Origin: Eledone cirrhosa
Lineage: Eukaryota
DNA length: 64,000 nt
NCBI GenBank assembly: GCA_964016885.1
Contig: OZ024741.1
Span: forward strand, 159,278,001-159,342,000
Direction of reading: 5' to 3'
Shown here: one piece after another, positions 37,968 through 51,955 of the stretch
How positions within the stretch are numbered: position 1 is the stretch's first letter
How the letters are laid out: every line of letters begins with the position of its first letter
Made by a program: the position numbers and the translations under genes
Notes under the pieces: generated by a model
Told to the model about the DNA's origin: nothing
Databases searched by the model: none
Seen by the model: the letters and a program-made list of their open reading frames with translations, nothing else

Positions 37968-37975
<8 letters not shown>
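37815..37975. repeat. Near-perfect hairpin/palindrome centred at about 37893
   Basis: TTCAAATCGTAATGGACCAGAAACG-ctaa-CGTTTCTGGTCCATTACGATTTGAA; arm sequence related to 58700-58785. Confidence 0.9.
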
Positions 37976-38011
<36 letters not shown>

Positions 38012-38065
38012 CGTTTCTGAATTTGTTTAGCAAGATTCTTTATCTGAAAACGTGTGTTGAAACCG

Positions 38066-38589
38066 ATATTGTTATACTTTGGGAGGGTCATGTTGCCAAT
38101 AAGGAACACACGCACCAGTTGCTTTTACTTCAATTTATTATAATAAATTTATAAATTTATTATGATAAATTCCACATGAGTGGAACAGCAACATCACAAC
38201 TTACAATTAAGGACAGAATGAAAACACACACGCACATAGAACAAACAACCAACCAGTAACATGTAAATAAACAAATAAATAAACGAATATAAACACACAC
38301 AGACACCCGGATGTGGCGCATGCGCAGACTGAGCACACAACACACACACAGAAACAAGATGGCGTAGGACAGAACAAAGGAGAGGCACAAAAACAAAGAA
38401 AGGAATCCCCAGTCACTGAAGAGGTCACAGAATGTGTGACGAAAGAACTTTGACAATATATAAACAACCATCTGGTTGTGGAACCAACCAACCAACCGGA
38501 AATTTATAAATTTATTATAATAAATTGAAGTAAAAGCAACTGGTGCGTGTGGTGTGTTTCTTATTGGCAACATGACCCTCTCAAAGTAT

Positions 38590-38598
<9 letters not shown>
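38066..38598. repeat. Inverted-repeat module (arms about 38066-38160 and 38500-38598) with an internal HHR-like motif at 38412-38454
   Basis: Arms are reverse complements; internal GTCA-CTGAAGA-gGTCACA..TGTGAC-GAAA-GAAC-TT-TGAC. Confidence 0.8.
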
Positions 38599-38665
<67 letters not shown>

Positions 38666-39006
38666 TTGCGTGACTGTATGTATATATGTATGTTTGCATG
38701 CATGAATGAATACAGTAAGCTTTAAATTTAGTAGAATGTACAACCACTGATTTCAGCTATTAGCACTATCGTATATTTTGGTTTCTAGTAATTCCCTGGG
38801 GAATTGGTGGACCAAATACTTTGCTTAATTGTTTTATTTTTTATTTTAATTTTATTTTTTCTCTTAGATTTCAGGTATTTTTTTAAAGCAAAGCATTGGC
38901 CCCTAAAATACTACATTGGGCCCTGCAATGCTACTGTGGACTCTTCTAATGCTACCGTGGGCCCCCTAGGGCCCACTTGCCATTGGGCAACCTGACCAGT
39001 CCGCCA

Positions 39007-39085
<79 letters not shown>

Positions 39086-39088
<3 letters not shown>

Positions 39089-39985
39089 AAGGCGGGTAAA
39101 ATTCCCGAGATCCATGGACGAGTTCTCTCCAACGGTCTCTGTCCCTCATTATCGTTGCCATGTCCTGCGTCTCCTACAGACCAGTGTCTGTCCTTAGGGC
39201 ATCAACATACGTTAACCTTGGTCTTCTTCTAGTGTGTCCATGTAGGGGCTCCCAAAGGAGCACTGAGTGCGATGTCGGTGAGCATGTCCAGCTAACCTCA
39301 GTCTCCTCTGTGTCACTTTTGAGCTGACTTTTGGGATGCTGCCATACAGCTCTGAGTTTTTCATCCTCAGTGTATACTGATTAATGTTCAGAGCCATCCT
39401 CAACATTCTCGTGTAGCACCCATCCACCATCTGAGTGAGTTTCTTGGTCAGTGTCCAAGTCTCAGACCCAAGTCATTACACCTGATGGGATGACAGAGTT
39501 CTTTGAGATACTGGCTGGAGTGCTCCAGGGAGATACATTGGCTCCCTACCTTTTTATCAGCGTAGTGGACTATTGTATGCGCCTTGCACTGGAGAAACAC
39601 CAGGACTCTGGCTTTACTGTAACACCGGCTCAGAGCAGGAGAGTTAGGGTGAAAAAGGTATCGGATGCTGAATTTGCCGACGACATAGTTTTGGTGACAA
39701 ATACAGTGAAGGAGGCAGAGGATTTGATGCGGGAGGTTGAGACTGTGTCGATGAATGTGGGGCTGAGAATGAATGAGACTAAAACAAAATATCTGGTAGA
39801 GAATGTTGAGAAGCTAGAGGGGATCACTAATGTAGGCGGGAAGCCTCTAGAATTGATTGAGGGTTTCCTGTATTTGGGGGCAAAGATTGGGAATACGGAA
39901 GATGATGTGGTTCAGAGGAAGAGCAAGGTCTGGGCGGCGTGCCACAGCTTGAGATCGGTGTGGAAGTCGGACCTTCGAAGGTCCG
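39086..39985 (-). mobile_element. RTE-like LINE with a 5' inversion
   Basis: Minus strand 39470-39086: [31 protein letters not shown]. Plus strand 39465-39985: [32 protein letters not shown]. Confidence 0.88.
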
Positions 39986-40022
39986 CCCAGGCCTTGCTCT
40001 TCCTCAATTTATATATATATAT

Positions 40023-40271
<249 letters not shown>

Positions 40272-40671
40272 AATAAATAATCGAGAATAGGAATCTCGGC
40301 CCACGAAATAACGAAACACAATCTTCGAAATGCATGGCAAAGGGCTCAATAGTTTGGATAAACCAGAGCTATAACTATCGTTTAAATACCAACACATAGA
40401 GACAATGCTTAAAATCATTCGCACAGCCGAAAAAAACGACCAGGAAAATTCGGGTCATACAAATAATAAATTAAATGAATGAAAAATCTTACCCAGACCC
40501 GCTAGAAGGATGTTAAAATCTAGCTTTGGGGGTTTCTGCGGTTCCTTAATCAATTACCGTCAGCCTACATAAAAAATATCTGACTTCTGGCAAAAAGATG
40601 AACGAGGAAACCACTTTCTCAGCAGGCATTTCGTTCAAAAATACAGAGGCACCCGTTACTAAACACATATA

Positions 40672-40771
<100 letters not shown>

Positions 40772-40890
40772 TATTCATTAGTTAAGCAAAACAAGGCCAC
40801 AAACTTCACAAGGAAGACATTATTAAAAGATTGTCAACATATTTTAGTTTGATGTAAGGAATGTAGAGAATAATAATAATAATATTAATA

Positions 40891-40999
40891 ATAATTGTTT
40901 CTACTTTAGGCACAAGGCCAGCAATTACCCAATACATTACTGGTACTTTATTTTATCGACCCCGTAAGGATGAAAGGCAAAGTTAACCTCGGCGGGATT
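40891..40999 (-). mobile_element. Truncated SINE inserted in the left arm of the PLE inverted repeat
   Basis: Sits in a (TAA)n tract; absent from the right arm (43620-43640). Confidence 0.9.
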
Positions 41000-43496
41000 A
41001 ATAATAATAATGTCCGTTTACAATTGTTTCGCTACTCCATATAATATTTCTGGATCAGATGATTATATATCATAATTGATCTGGTTCAGTTGAAAATAAT
41101 TAACATATTTAAAAAACAGAGTGGCTCATCGGAACTTCAAAGGAATATAAATTAAAATAATGGGATAATGTTACATAATATAGTGTTCCATATATTGGTT
41201 TTTACTATGGTGTCTTGGTTGCATCAGTTGTCAGCCATAATCAAGCAGTATTCATCTGTCGAGGCAGCATTGTGTGAGATCTGCCTATGGGTAACAATAT
41301 GGCTGCCAAAGGGCATATTTATCTTACTAATTAGAGGGTGGTTTCAAGGGAAGTAACTTCTCGAGAGATTAGAAATTGTGAGTGTTTATAGTTAAGTGCT
41401 AATTTTTAAATTTTTTAATTGAGAGACAATGTAGGGGAGGTAACTTATAATTATCGAGTTGTTCATAGCAATTTAACTTATTAGCTACAAGTAAAAATGG
41501 GGCTACATGACTAGGTTGGGTCAAAAATTCTATTGGCGAAGGAATTAGCCCTTCGATGTTGACAGCTAATGGTTACCTCCGTTCTATCGTTAATCGGTAG
41601 AGGTCGTGATAGAGTTATGTAATATGCTTCCGTAACACAGAGATCACAAGATTTTCTTCGTCCATTGAACGGTTGGGCCCTAGCCAAGATATCCCATTTT
41701 AGTGAGTGTTGAACGTTGTTTAATTTAAGGTTTTTAATGAGCCTAGCTAGCGATGTCGAACATCTGTTGCTAGGGTCTCGGGAGGAAAAAGAGTGCGCAT
41801 TATAGCGTACCTTAAAAGGGTTAGAGGTAGACCCGATATAAGAGCTGGTATTCGAAGCAGTCTCAACCGTGCACCTATAGACTATGCTGGGTGTCAGGCA
41901 ATGTCCATTTAATGGGCATGCATTGGAGTAACGGCAGTTGCAGTTGCTTCTGCGGTTAGTGAGAGAAGGGTTGTTTAACCTAAGCGGTAGGTCCGTGCTA
42001 GAAGGATTAGATGGGGGAGGTGTGCTACTAGAGTAATTATTGGTGTAGTGGCGTGGTGTATTTGATAGGGGTGGTGGTACCGCGGTGTGGGAGTTATACT
42101 GTCTTAGCTTATGATGGTTACTGAACGCGATGTGGCTAGCTAGGTTAGGTGTTGTGAAGAATGAGATTTTAATGTTATTTTTATTAAAGAGTTTGTAATA
42201 TCTATGGTTGGGGGGGGGGTGGATAGGATAGAGAAGAAGCGTTTGGGGATATTAGTGGCTAGATTAGATGAGAATGGGGGGTTGAGCCAGGTGATATCTC
42301 TAGGTCTATTCATTCTAGGGGTTCTAGTGTAGTTGGTAGGGGCCTTCCTAGGGTTATTATTACCTGGGGATTTGTTATTTGTCATCCCATTTCTCATTCC
42401 TATTCTAGGGTTGATTTTGAGTTTGCTACTTGGAGTGGGGAGCAGGCCGCTGCCACCATTAAAGTTCCTGTATAGGTGCTGTTACTGTTAAATTCCGGCT
42501 AATCTGGCTATATGCTAAGGTATTTCTAGTTCTAGTGTTAAGTTTATTATGGTGAGTTGCTGTGTTATGGCATTTGGGTATGTAATAAATTGATTGTTTA
42601 TAACCAGATTCAGAGAGGGCCTTATTATAATATTGTGCGTGGTTTATAAATATATCCTCATTTGCTGATAGCATTGAGATCCTATAGGAGATAGATTTGA
42701 TTACTGCTCTGATGACTGCCGGTGGGTGGTTAGAGTGTGGGCTAATATATGTGAGTATTTCACCTGGTTTATGGTAAGGGTTATAAAGGTTATTGTTGAG
42801 ATCAAGGGTGACGTCTAGGAAGTTTACTACTTTATGGTTCAGCTCGATGGTGATAGAGAGACCGTTATTTTTGAAGAATCTATGTAATTATTTCTTTAGC
42901 AAATCGATTCCCCGTTTAGTGCAATTGTGGACCGCAAATAGGGCGTCGTCCCTGTATATTCCGCCTTGCATGGGTTGGATTTCGGCTCTGATATTACGTA
43001 ATAGGTAAATCCCAACTAAATCGGTGATTTGCGCGGAGTCACTTGAGCCCATCGTAATGTCAAAGTTGTCTGTTCTATCTTTTCTAGTCCAGAGTGCTCC
43101 GTTGAATTCAATGATAGTCTGCCTAGCCATAAGTATGATGTTAATCTCATTATTGGTTATGTCCGAGTTGGTGGTGGCTAGGGCTAGTGCTTTGTTGAGC
43201 AGTTCCGGGGTTATTGACGCGTAATAGCTGTCTATGTCAAATTGGATGAACCTCATAGATTGCTTGGACCTTAGATCGGAGAACCATCTGATGACTTGGC
43301 CGGTGTTGGACCACACCTTGTAGGTGGTATCATCCCGTAGCCCAGGGATTATCCTATCAAGGATGTTCTTACTGATGCGGCCCAGGTCAGATTATGGCTG
43401 ACAACTGATGCAACCAAGACACCATAGTAAAAACCAATATATGGAACACTATATTATGTAACATTATCCCATTATTTTAATTTATATTCCTTTGAA

Positions 43497-43616
43497 GTTC
43501 CGATGAGCCACTCGGTTTTTTAAATATGTTAATTATTTTCAACTGAACCAGATCAATTATGATATATAATCATCTGATCCAGAAATATTATATGGAGTAG
43601 CGAAACAATTGTAAAC
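43497..43616 (+). ncRNA. Hammerhead-like motif of the PLE pseudo-LTR (mirror copy about 41017-41135, minus strand)
   Basis: GTT-CCGATGA-GCcACTC..long insert..GAGTaGC-GAAA-CAATTG-TA-AAC; U4C core variant in both arms. Confidence 0.6.
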
Positions 43617-43912
43617 GGACATTATTATTATTATTATTCTCTACATTCCTTACATCAAACTAAAATATGTTGTCAATCTTTTAATAATGTCTTCCTTGTG
43701 AAGTTTGTGGCCTTGTTTTGCTTAACTAATGAATATTTCCAGCTCTGCGCACCTAACTTCTGCATGAACCCAGCCACCTAGCTGCTTTCTACTGCATATT
43801 GCACATTGAGCACACGCCTTTACGCTTTGGCTTCTAACTAACTCACCAATCTCTCCTCTCATATCTCCTCTACTATCTCCATCTCTCTCTTTAAGATTGG
43901 TTACTCTTGAAC

Positions 43913-45156
<1,244 letters not shown>

Positions 45157-45720
45157 ATATAACTGCTCTGTAGAACAACTGATGTTATTACATTGAGCTA
45201 TTTATCTTACTGGTAATAATGTAGTAATAAATTACTGACCTTCACTGTTTAGGGTTTAAAATATACATAACTATAAAAAGTTTTAGTATATACATAACCA
45301 TAAATAGTATCCTTAATATTATATATATATATATATGTATATATACAGTATTTTCCGTTGTGTTGTAATATAAATATTACACACAGTAGATTATCAGCTC
45401 ACGTAGAGTTTGCTCGACGGTTTTTTTCCCACTACAAGCCGAATATTACATAAAAGAGGGACATCCCCCAACTATATAAACCTTAATCTAGTTAGAAAAA
45501 TATAAAAACAATCTCTTCTCAACATATATTAATAACCTTAAATTACCACACTAATAATGGAAAGATATGCTGATGAGAATAGGTGCAAATATGCGATAAT
45601 GAATGTGTCTAAAAACGTCCATAAGTATGTATATATATGTGAAAATGTATATAAATAAGTAAATATATATATATGTTTGATGTGTATAGTTAGATGTAAG
45701 TGTATTCATGTATTAAAGTG

Positions 45721-45841
<121 letters not shown>

Positions 45842-46405
45842 ATGTATGTATGTGTATATAGATGTGTATGTATGTGTATGTGTGTACACATGGACTAGAG
45901 TATGTATGTATATATGTGTATGTCTATACGTGTGTATATAAAGATAAGTTGAGTATGAAAATGTATACACATGAGCGCGTATGTATGTACATGAATACAT
46001 GTGTGTATATATATGTGTATGCATGTGTATATATATATGTAAGTATGAATATGTGAATTGTGAGTATATGTATTTTGTAGAGGTGTGCAAATATATGTGT
46101 GTATGAATGCGTGGGTGAAAGGATACGTACACTTGAAAGAAAAATTTAAGTCTGAATGTTAATTAAGTGCAAACACAAAACCAACCACGCATATCTTTAC
46201 TATCTCTAATCCTTCTATAGATTTAGAAAAATAACCAATAATATATTCTATAAAAAATGTCAAAACAACAGATGGGAATCTAATTACTCACTGCCACCAA
46301 GAATTCTCACTGCTATCGAAAAACCACTCCTTCAACTATTCTTCTAACAACTTCACCCCTCCCTCCTAATATTCTCTATAAAAACTAAATAGGTCCTCAG
46401 TAATA

Positions 46406-46525
46406 TTATTCTGATGAAATGACAGTAAATAATAACATTGAAATATTGAATGTCTGCATAACTAAAAGTTTGTAGATAGCAGCTGTTTTAGGTTATGTAA
46501 CTGTTATAGAAACACGTGTCAATAA
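46406..46525 (+). ncRNA. Hammerhead ribozyme motif with long stem II
   Basis: TTATT-CTGATGA-aATGACAGT..ACTGTTATa-GAAA-CACGTG-TC-AATAA; GUC triplet, palindromic stem III. Confidence 0.7.
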
Positions 46526-46572
46526 ATTCCTTTCAACTAAACTGTATCCATTCAAATCTTTCTATATATGTA

Positions 46573-46695
<123 letters not shown>

Positions 46696-46713
46696 GTATA
46701 TATATGTATATAT

Positions 46714-48036
46714 ATATTCTAATTTAGGAGTCAAATACAATTATTAAGCTCTAAGAAATACTTCTGAGCATTACAGTACAATTTAATATAATATAAAATT
46801 ATGATCAACACTAATGTGTTTTTTTTTGCAAAATGACAATAATTTAGCCAGATAGAAATACCTTAATTCAAATACATATAGTCCGCCTGTATCGATCTAA
46901 AAAATAATAAATCCATACTTACAGACTTAAAATGGCAACTGCCCTGGTGCCTAGACAAGTTTAAATTTCAAAATTCAAACCTTTTCAGCAGATCAGTCCG
47001 AACTTCAAAAAATAAACCTGTTTCACAAAGGATGGTATACTAATGAAATAATTAATTAATTACTGAATAACTATTTGTGAAATAATTATTAGTGAAATAA
47101 TCAATTTTCTGTGATTCTCAATAGGCACCCAGATTATTTCACAAATAGTTATTCAGTAATTAATTAATTATTTCATTAGTATACCATCCTTTGAGAAACA
47201 GGTTTATTTTTTGAAGTTCGGACTGATCTGCTGAAAAGGTTTGAATTTTGAAATTTAAACTTGTCTAGGCACCAGGGCAGTTGCCATTTTAAGTCTGTAA
47301 GTATAGATTTATTATTTTTTAGATCGATACAAGCGGACTATATGTATTTGAATTAAGGTATTTCTATCTGGCTAAAATATTGTCATTTTGCAAAAAAAAA
47401 CACATTAGTGTTGATCATAATTTTATATTATATTAAATTGTACTGTAATGCTCAGAAGTATTTCTTAGAGCTTAATAATTGTATTTGACTCCTAAATTAG
47501 AATATGTCTGCTCCTTCAGTAGAGCTGAATTCGTAATCCCATATTTACGGCTGTTATTTCTAGCGCCATGGATATGAGCCAGAGTGCTGGAAAAATCGTG
47601 TGCAAAAGCACATGTATTTGGCGTGCGGCAGACCAGTCTTAAGATACTTATCCTAGGTGAAGTAACTCTAATTTATCTGGGTGCCTATTGAGAATCACAG
47701 AAAATTGATTATTTCACTAATAATTATTTCACAAATAGTTATTCAGTAATTAATTAATTATTTCATTAGTATACCATCCTTTGTGAAACAGGTTTATTTT
47801 TTGAAGTTCGGACTGATCTGCTGAAAAGGTTTGAATTTTGAAATTTAAACTTGTCTAGGCACCAGGGCAGTTGCCATTTTAAGTCTGTAAGTATAGATTT
47901 ATTATTTTTTTAGATCGATACAGGCGGACTATATGTATTTGAATTAAGGTATTTCTATCTGGCTAAATTATTGTCATTTTGCAAAAAAAAAACACATTAG
48001 TGTTGATCATAATTTTATATTATATTAAATTGTACT
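46714..48036. repeat. Inverted + tandem repeat module: inverted copy 46714-47134, direct copies 47133-47505 and 47675-48036
   Basis: Near-identical copies read directly; flanked by (TA)n. Confidence 0.92.
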
Positions 48037-48057
48037 ATATGTATATATATATGTATA

Positions 48058-48088
<31 letters not shown>

Positions 48089-48089
48089 T

Positions 48090-48449
48090 ATTATTATGTA
48101 ATAAACAACATAAGGCAATTATTCCATTTACCAGTGATTTCTTAAAAGCAAAAGGTTTTGCTTTCAATCCTCAGAATGAAAAAATCCTGGTTTGTTTATT
48201 GAATTTGGATTTTAAAAAACAAAAATGCAATCTATATGAAAGTGAGGCTGGAGAAGGGAGGAGGAAAGGAAAAATAAAATAAAACTACACATGCAAACAC
48301 ACACACAAAAACACAAAAGCATACTTACACACACATACATATATACATATATATATGTACGCATACATATATACATATACACATATATATAAAACGTACA
48401 CTTACATACACATACACATATATATACATATACACATACATACATTTAT

Positions 48450-48497
<48 letters not shown>

Positions 48498-48499
48498 AT

Positions 48500-48553
<54 letters not shown>

Positions 48554-49023
48554 ACACACATACACATACATATGTGTGTGTACAAGCATACACATACACA
48601 AACATAGCCATACACACACACATATACATACATACATTCACACAAACATACATAACGTACATACATACACATACATAAATGCACTCCTCTACATACCGCC
48701 TTGAACTCCTTTCCTGCTCTTTACTTCTGCTACGGTTTTTATTTTGCTGATTCTACGTTCTGTACTCTTGTATATTTACTTATTTTTTTCTCCCTTACCT
48801 CCCCTTATATTTTACCTCCTCTTATGCCCCCCCCCCCATATATTCCTTTTGTTTTGCCCTTCACATACCTATGTGTATGTGTATGTATATTTGTGTGTAT
48901 ATATATATATATATGTGTATATATGTATGTATATATAACTTTGAATAACTTTGAAATGTTTTGGCCAGTATTGGCCCAGGCCACGTCTAACTTAATAGCA
49001 CCACCTGGCGAAGTCTTTCAATT

Positions 49024-49100
<77 letters not shown>

Positions 49101-49368
49101 ATGTGTGTGTATGTGTATGTGTATATATATGTATCTTTGTGTGTGTATATGTATGTATATGTGGATAAACCAGGTTTTTTTCATTCTGAAGATTGAAGGA
49201 AAAATTTTTTGCTTTTAAGAAACCACTGGTGAATGGAATAATTGCCTTATGTTGCTTTATTACTTTACTACTATATATACGTTTATGTAAGGTTCATTTG
49301 AATTATCTAAGACATGTATATGTGTGTGTGTATTTGTATGCATATGTGTATATGTACGTATATGTGTA

Positions 49369-49439
<71 letters not shown>

Positions 49440-49460
49440 ATATATGCGTGTATGTATGTG

Positions 49461-49516
<56 letters not shown>

Positions 49517-49631
49517 TATTTGGTTGTACGTGTTTATGATATATACGTATTTGCATGTGTATAATTGTTTAGCTATGTATGTATATGTGTGTGTATGTAT
49601 ACGTATATGTGTGTGTGCGTTTATATTTTTG

Positions 49632-49662
<31 letters not shown>

Positions 49663-50023
49663 TTGTGTATGTATGTGTATGTATGTGTTTATGTATTTGT
49701 ATATGTATATTTATGTGTGAGAGTGTGTGTATGTGTTTACTATTTCGTACGTATGTATACGTGCATTTGTGTGTATTACTTACCACGCATGTCTGTCCAG
49801 TTAGCTGCTGCCTTATGTATCGGTGTCAAAATTTTTTTAATATATATATATTTTTTTCTTATATTTATTTGCGTGTTGAATATGTAGAGGAGTGCATTTA
49901 TGTATGTGTATGTATGTACGTTATGTATGTTTGTGTGAATGTATGTATGTATATGTGTGTGTGTATGGCTATGTTTGTGTATGTGTATGCTTGTACACAC
50001 ACATATGTATGTGTATGTGTGTG

Positions 50024-50054
<31 letters not shown>

Positions 50055-50455
50055 GTGTGTGTGTATGGGTGTGTGTGTGTGTGTGTGTGTGTGTATAAAT
50101 GTATGTATGTGTATATGTGTATATATGTGTATGTGTATGTAAGTGTACGTTTTATATATATGTGTATATGTATATATGTATGCGTACATATATATATGTA
50201 TATATGTATGTGTGTGTAAGTATGCTTTTGTGTTTTTGTGTGTTTGCATGTGTAGTTTTATTTTATTTTTCCTTTCCTTCTCCCTTCTCCAGCCTCACTT
50301 TCATATAGATTGCATTTTTGTTTTTTAAAATCCAAATTCAATAAACAAACCAGGATTTTTTCATTCTGAGGATTGAAAGCAAAACCTTTTGCTTTTAAGA
50401 AACCACTGGTAAATGGAATAATTGCCTTATGTTGTTTATTACATAATAATAATAA
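48090..50455. mobile_element. Non-coding PLE/retrozyme-like module with about 600-bp inverted arms and three HHR copies
   Basis: Arms 48090-48695 and 49880-50455; partial third copy 49165-49265; HHRs at 48122-48180 (-), 49180-49237 (+) and 50360-50417 (+). Confidence 0.75.
50360..50417 (+). ncRNA. Type I hammerhead ribozyme
   Basis: TTCATT-CTGAGGA-TTGAAAGCAAA acct TTTGCTTTTAA-GAAA-CCACTGG-TA-AATGGA: all three stems pair; GUA triplet. Confidence 0.82.
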
Positions 50456-50516
50456 TTAAGCTCTGTTGCCTACATAGAGCACTCTTTTTTCCTGGACTTT
50501 TCCGATGGAATTACTT

Positions 50517-50558
<42 letters not shown>

Positions 50559-50784
50559 TACATGGCTATATATATGTATATATGTATATATGTATAGGTT
50601 AATCAAAAGTGCTACAGGTACCCACTATTAGAAGATCCCGCTTTATGGTGAAAGCAGAAATTGTTTGCTTAAACTGTTAATCTGTGTTAATAATGTATAT
50701 ATATGTGTGTGTGTGCGTGTGTGTGTGCGCGCGCGTGCGTGCATACATACATACATATATACATATATATATACATATACATAC

Positions 50785-51620
50785 ATGGTGGCTGCCAACT
50801 CGTTTTCGAGTACGGCCACTACTTTATATCCATGTAGGAGAACCCCTACCAATGCGCTGAACGAGTGTGACTTTTTAGTCCAGCCAGCGACTTGAAAACT
50901 CTGGTACAAACACTACACTTGTGACAATTATTGACACATAGTGCTAGGCCCATGGTACCATGTGACGACAAGTGCAGAGAGATCTCCAGATATAAAGCAA
51001 TGCCTGTGCCGTGAAGCTTTTATAGTAAGCAAAGGCACTGCACAAAGCCAGTCCCACTTTCTTAACCAAGATGATATTTACCAAAAAGAAGAACAAGTCA
51101 ACATCATTGGATACCATCAGGGTTGCAGGTGTTATATCAGAGTTTTCTCTTCTCCTAGAATTCTGCCTTGACAAAGGCTAAGGGGTCATCTCTCCCGGTG
51201 ATTTTGGATGGCCATTGACTATTAAGAGTTCCTTTGCCCTTTGACAGGTTTTATTTTTAGTCCTGCAGGATGTCCAAAGTCACCCTCCTCACCAAGAAAC
51301 CTTGGTGGGGTTGCCAGTTTAGTCGCCAACGACCCGACCATGAGACAGGTTGTACTGGCATACATGTTACCAGTAGCACCAACTGGTGACCTGACATAAC
51401 ATACATATATATATACATGGTGGCTGCCAACTCGTTTTCGAGTACGGCCACTACTTTATATCCATGTAGGAGAACCCCTACCGATGGGCTGAACGAGTGT
51501 GACTTTTTAGTCCAGCCAGCGACTTGAAAACTCTGGTACAAACACTACACTTGTGACAATTATTGACACATAGTGCTGGGCCCACGGTACCATGTGACGA
51601 CAAGTGCAGAGAGATCTCCA
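50785..51620 (-). mobile_element. Non-autonomous RTE derivative: two copies of a ~205-bp 3' end (50785-50990, 51416-51620) around a putative 5'-UTR segment
   Basis: Minus-strand C2H2 finger HKCSVCTRVFKSLAGLKSHTRSAH followed by (ATGT)n tails; direct repeat read by eye. Confidence 0.7.
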
Positions 51621-51955
51621 CATACATACATACATACATACATACATACATACATACATACATACATACATACATACATACATACATACTTATGTGTAGT
51701 GAGTACGTTGTTCATCAGCTGTTGCAGGTAAAAAAAAATAAAAGAATAATGAGTCAGACCCTGAAAGATATCCATAAATTTCTTAAAAACACATAACTAC
51801 CCGTAACCATTACATTGCTTCAGGTCCACCACCACCACCACCACCATTACCTGTCTACCTCTTGTTGTGTCTTATCAATGTGTACACATGAGAAGAGGAG
51901 GGTAGTAGGGGGAGGTGATAGCCGTGCACGTGGACAACTGAAATAAATTGTTGAA

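Noticed and set aside
45566-45625. TATG-CTGATGA...AAAAACGTC-CATA
   Set aside because: GAAA is missing and stem II is unpaired; at best a dead remnant.
50785-51620. LTR retrotransposon/TRIM suggested by ~205-bp direct repeats
   Set aside because: Repeats encode an RTE-type C-terminal zinc finger with microsatellite tails; no PBS or PPT seen.
51690-51800. Possible exon near CTGTTGCAGGTAAAA
   Set aside because: No coherent acceptor-donor pair or recognisable peptide.
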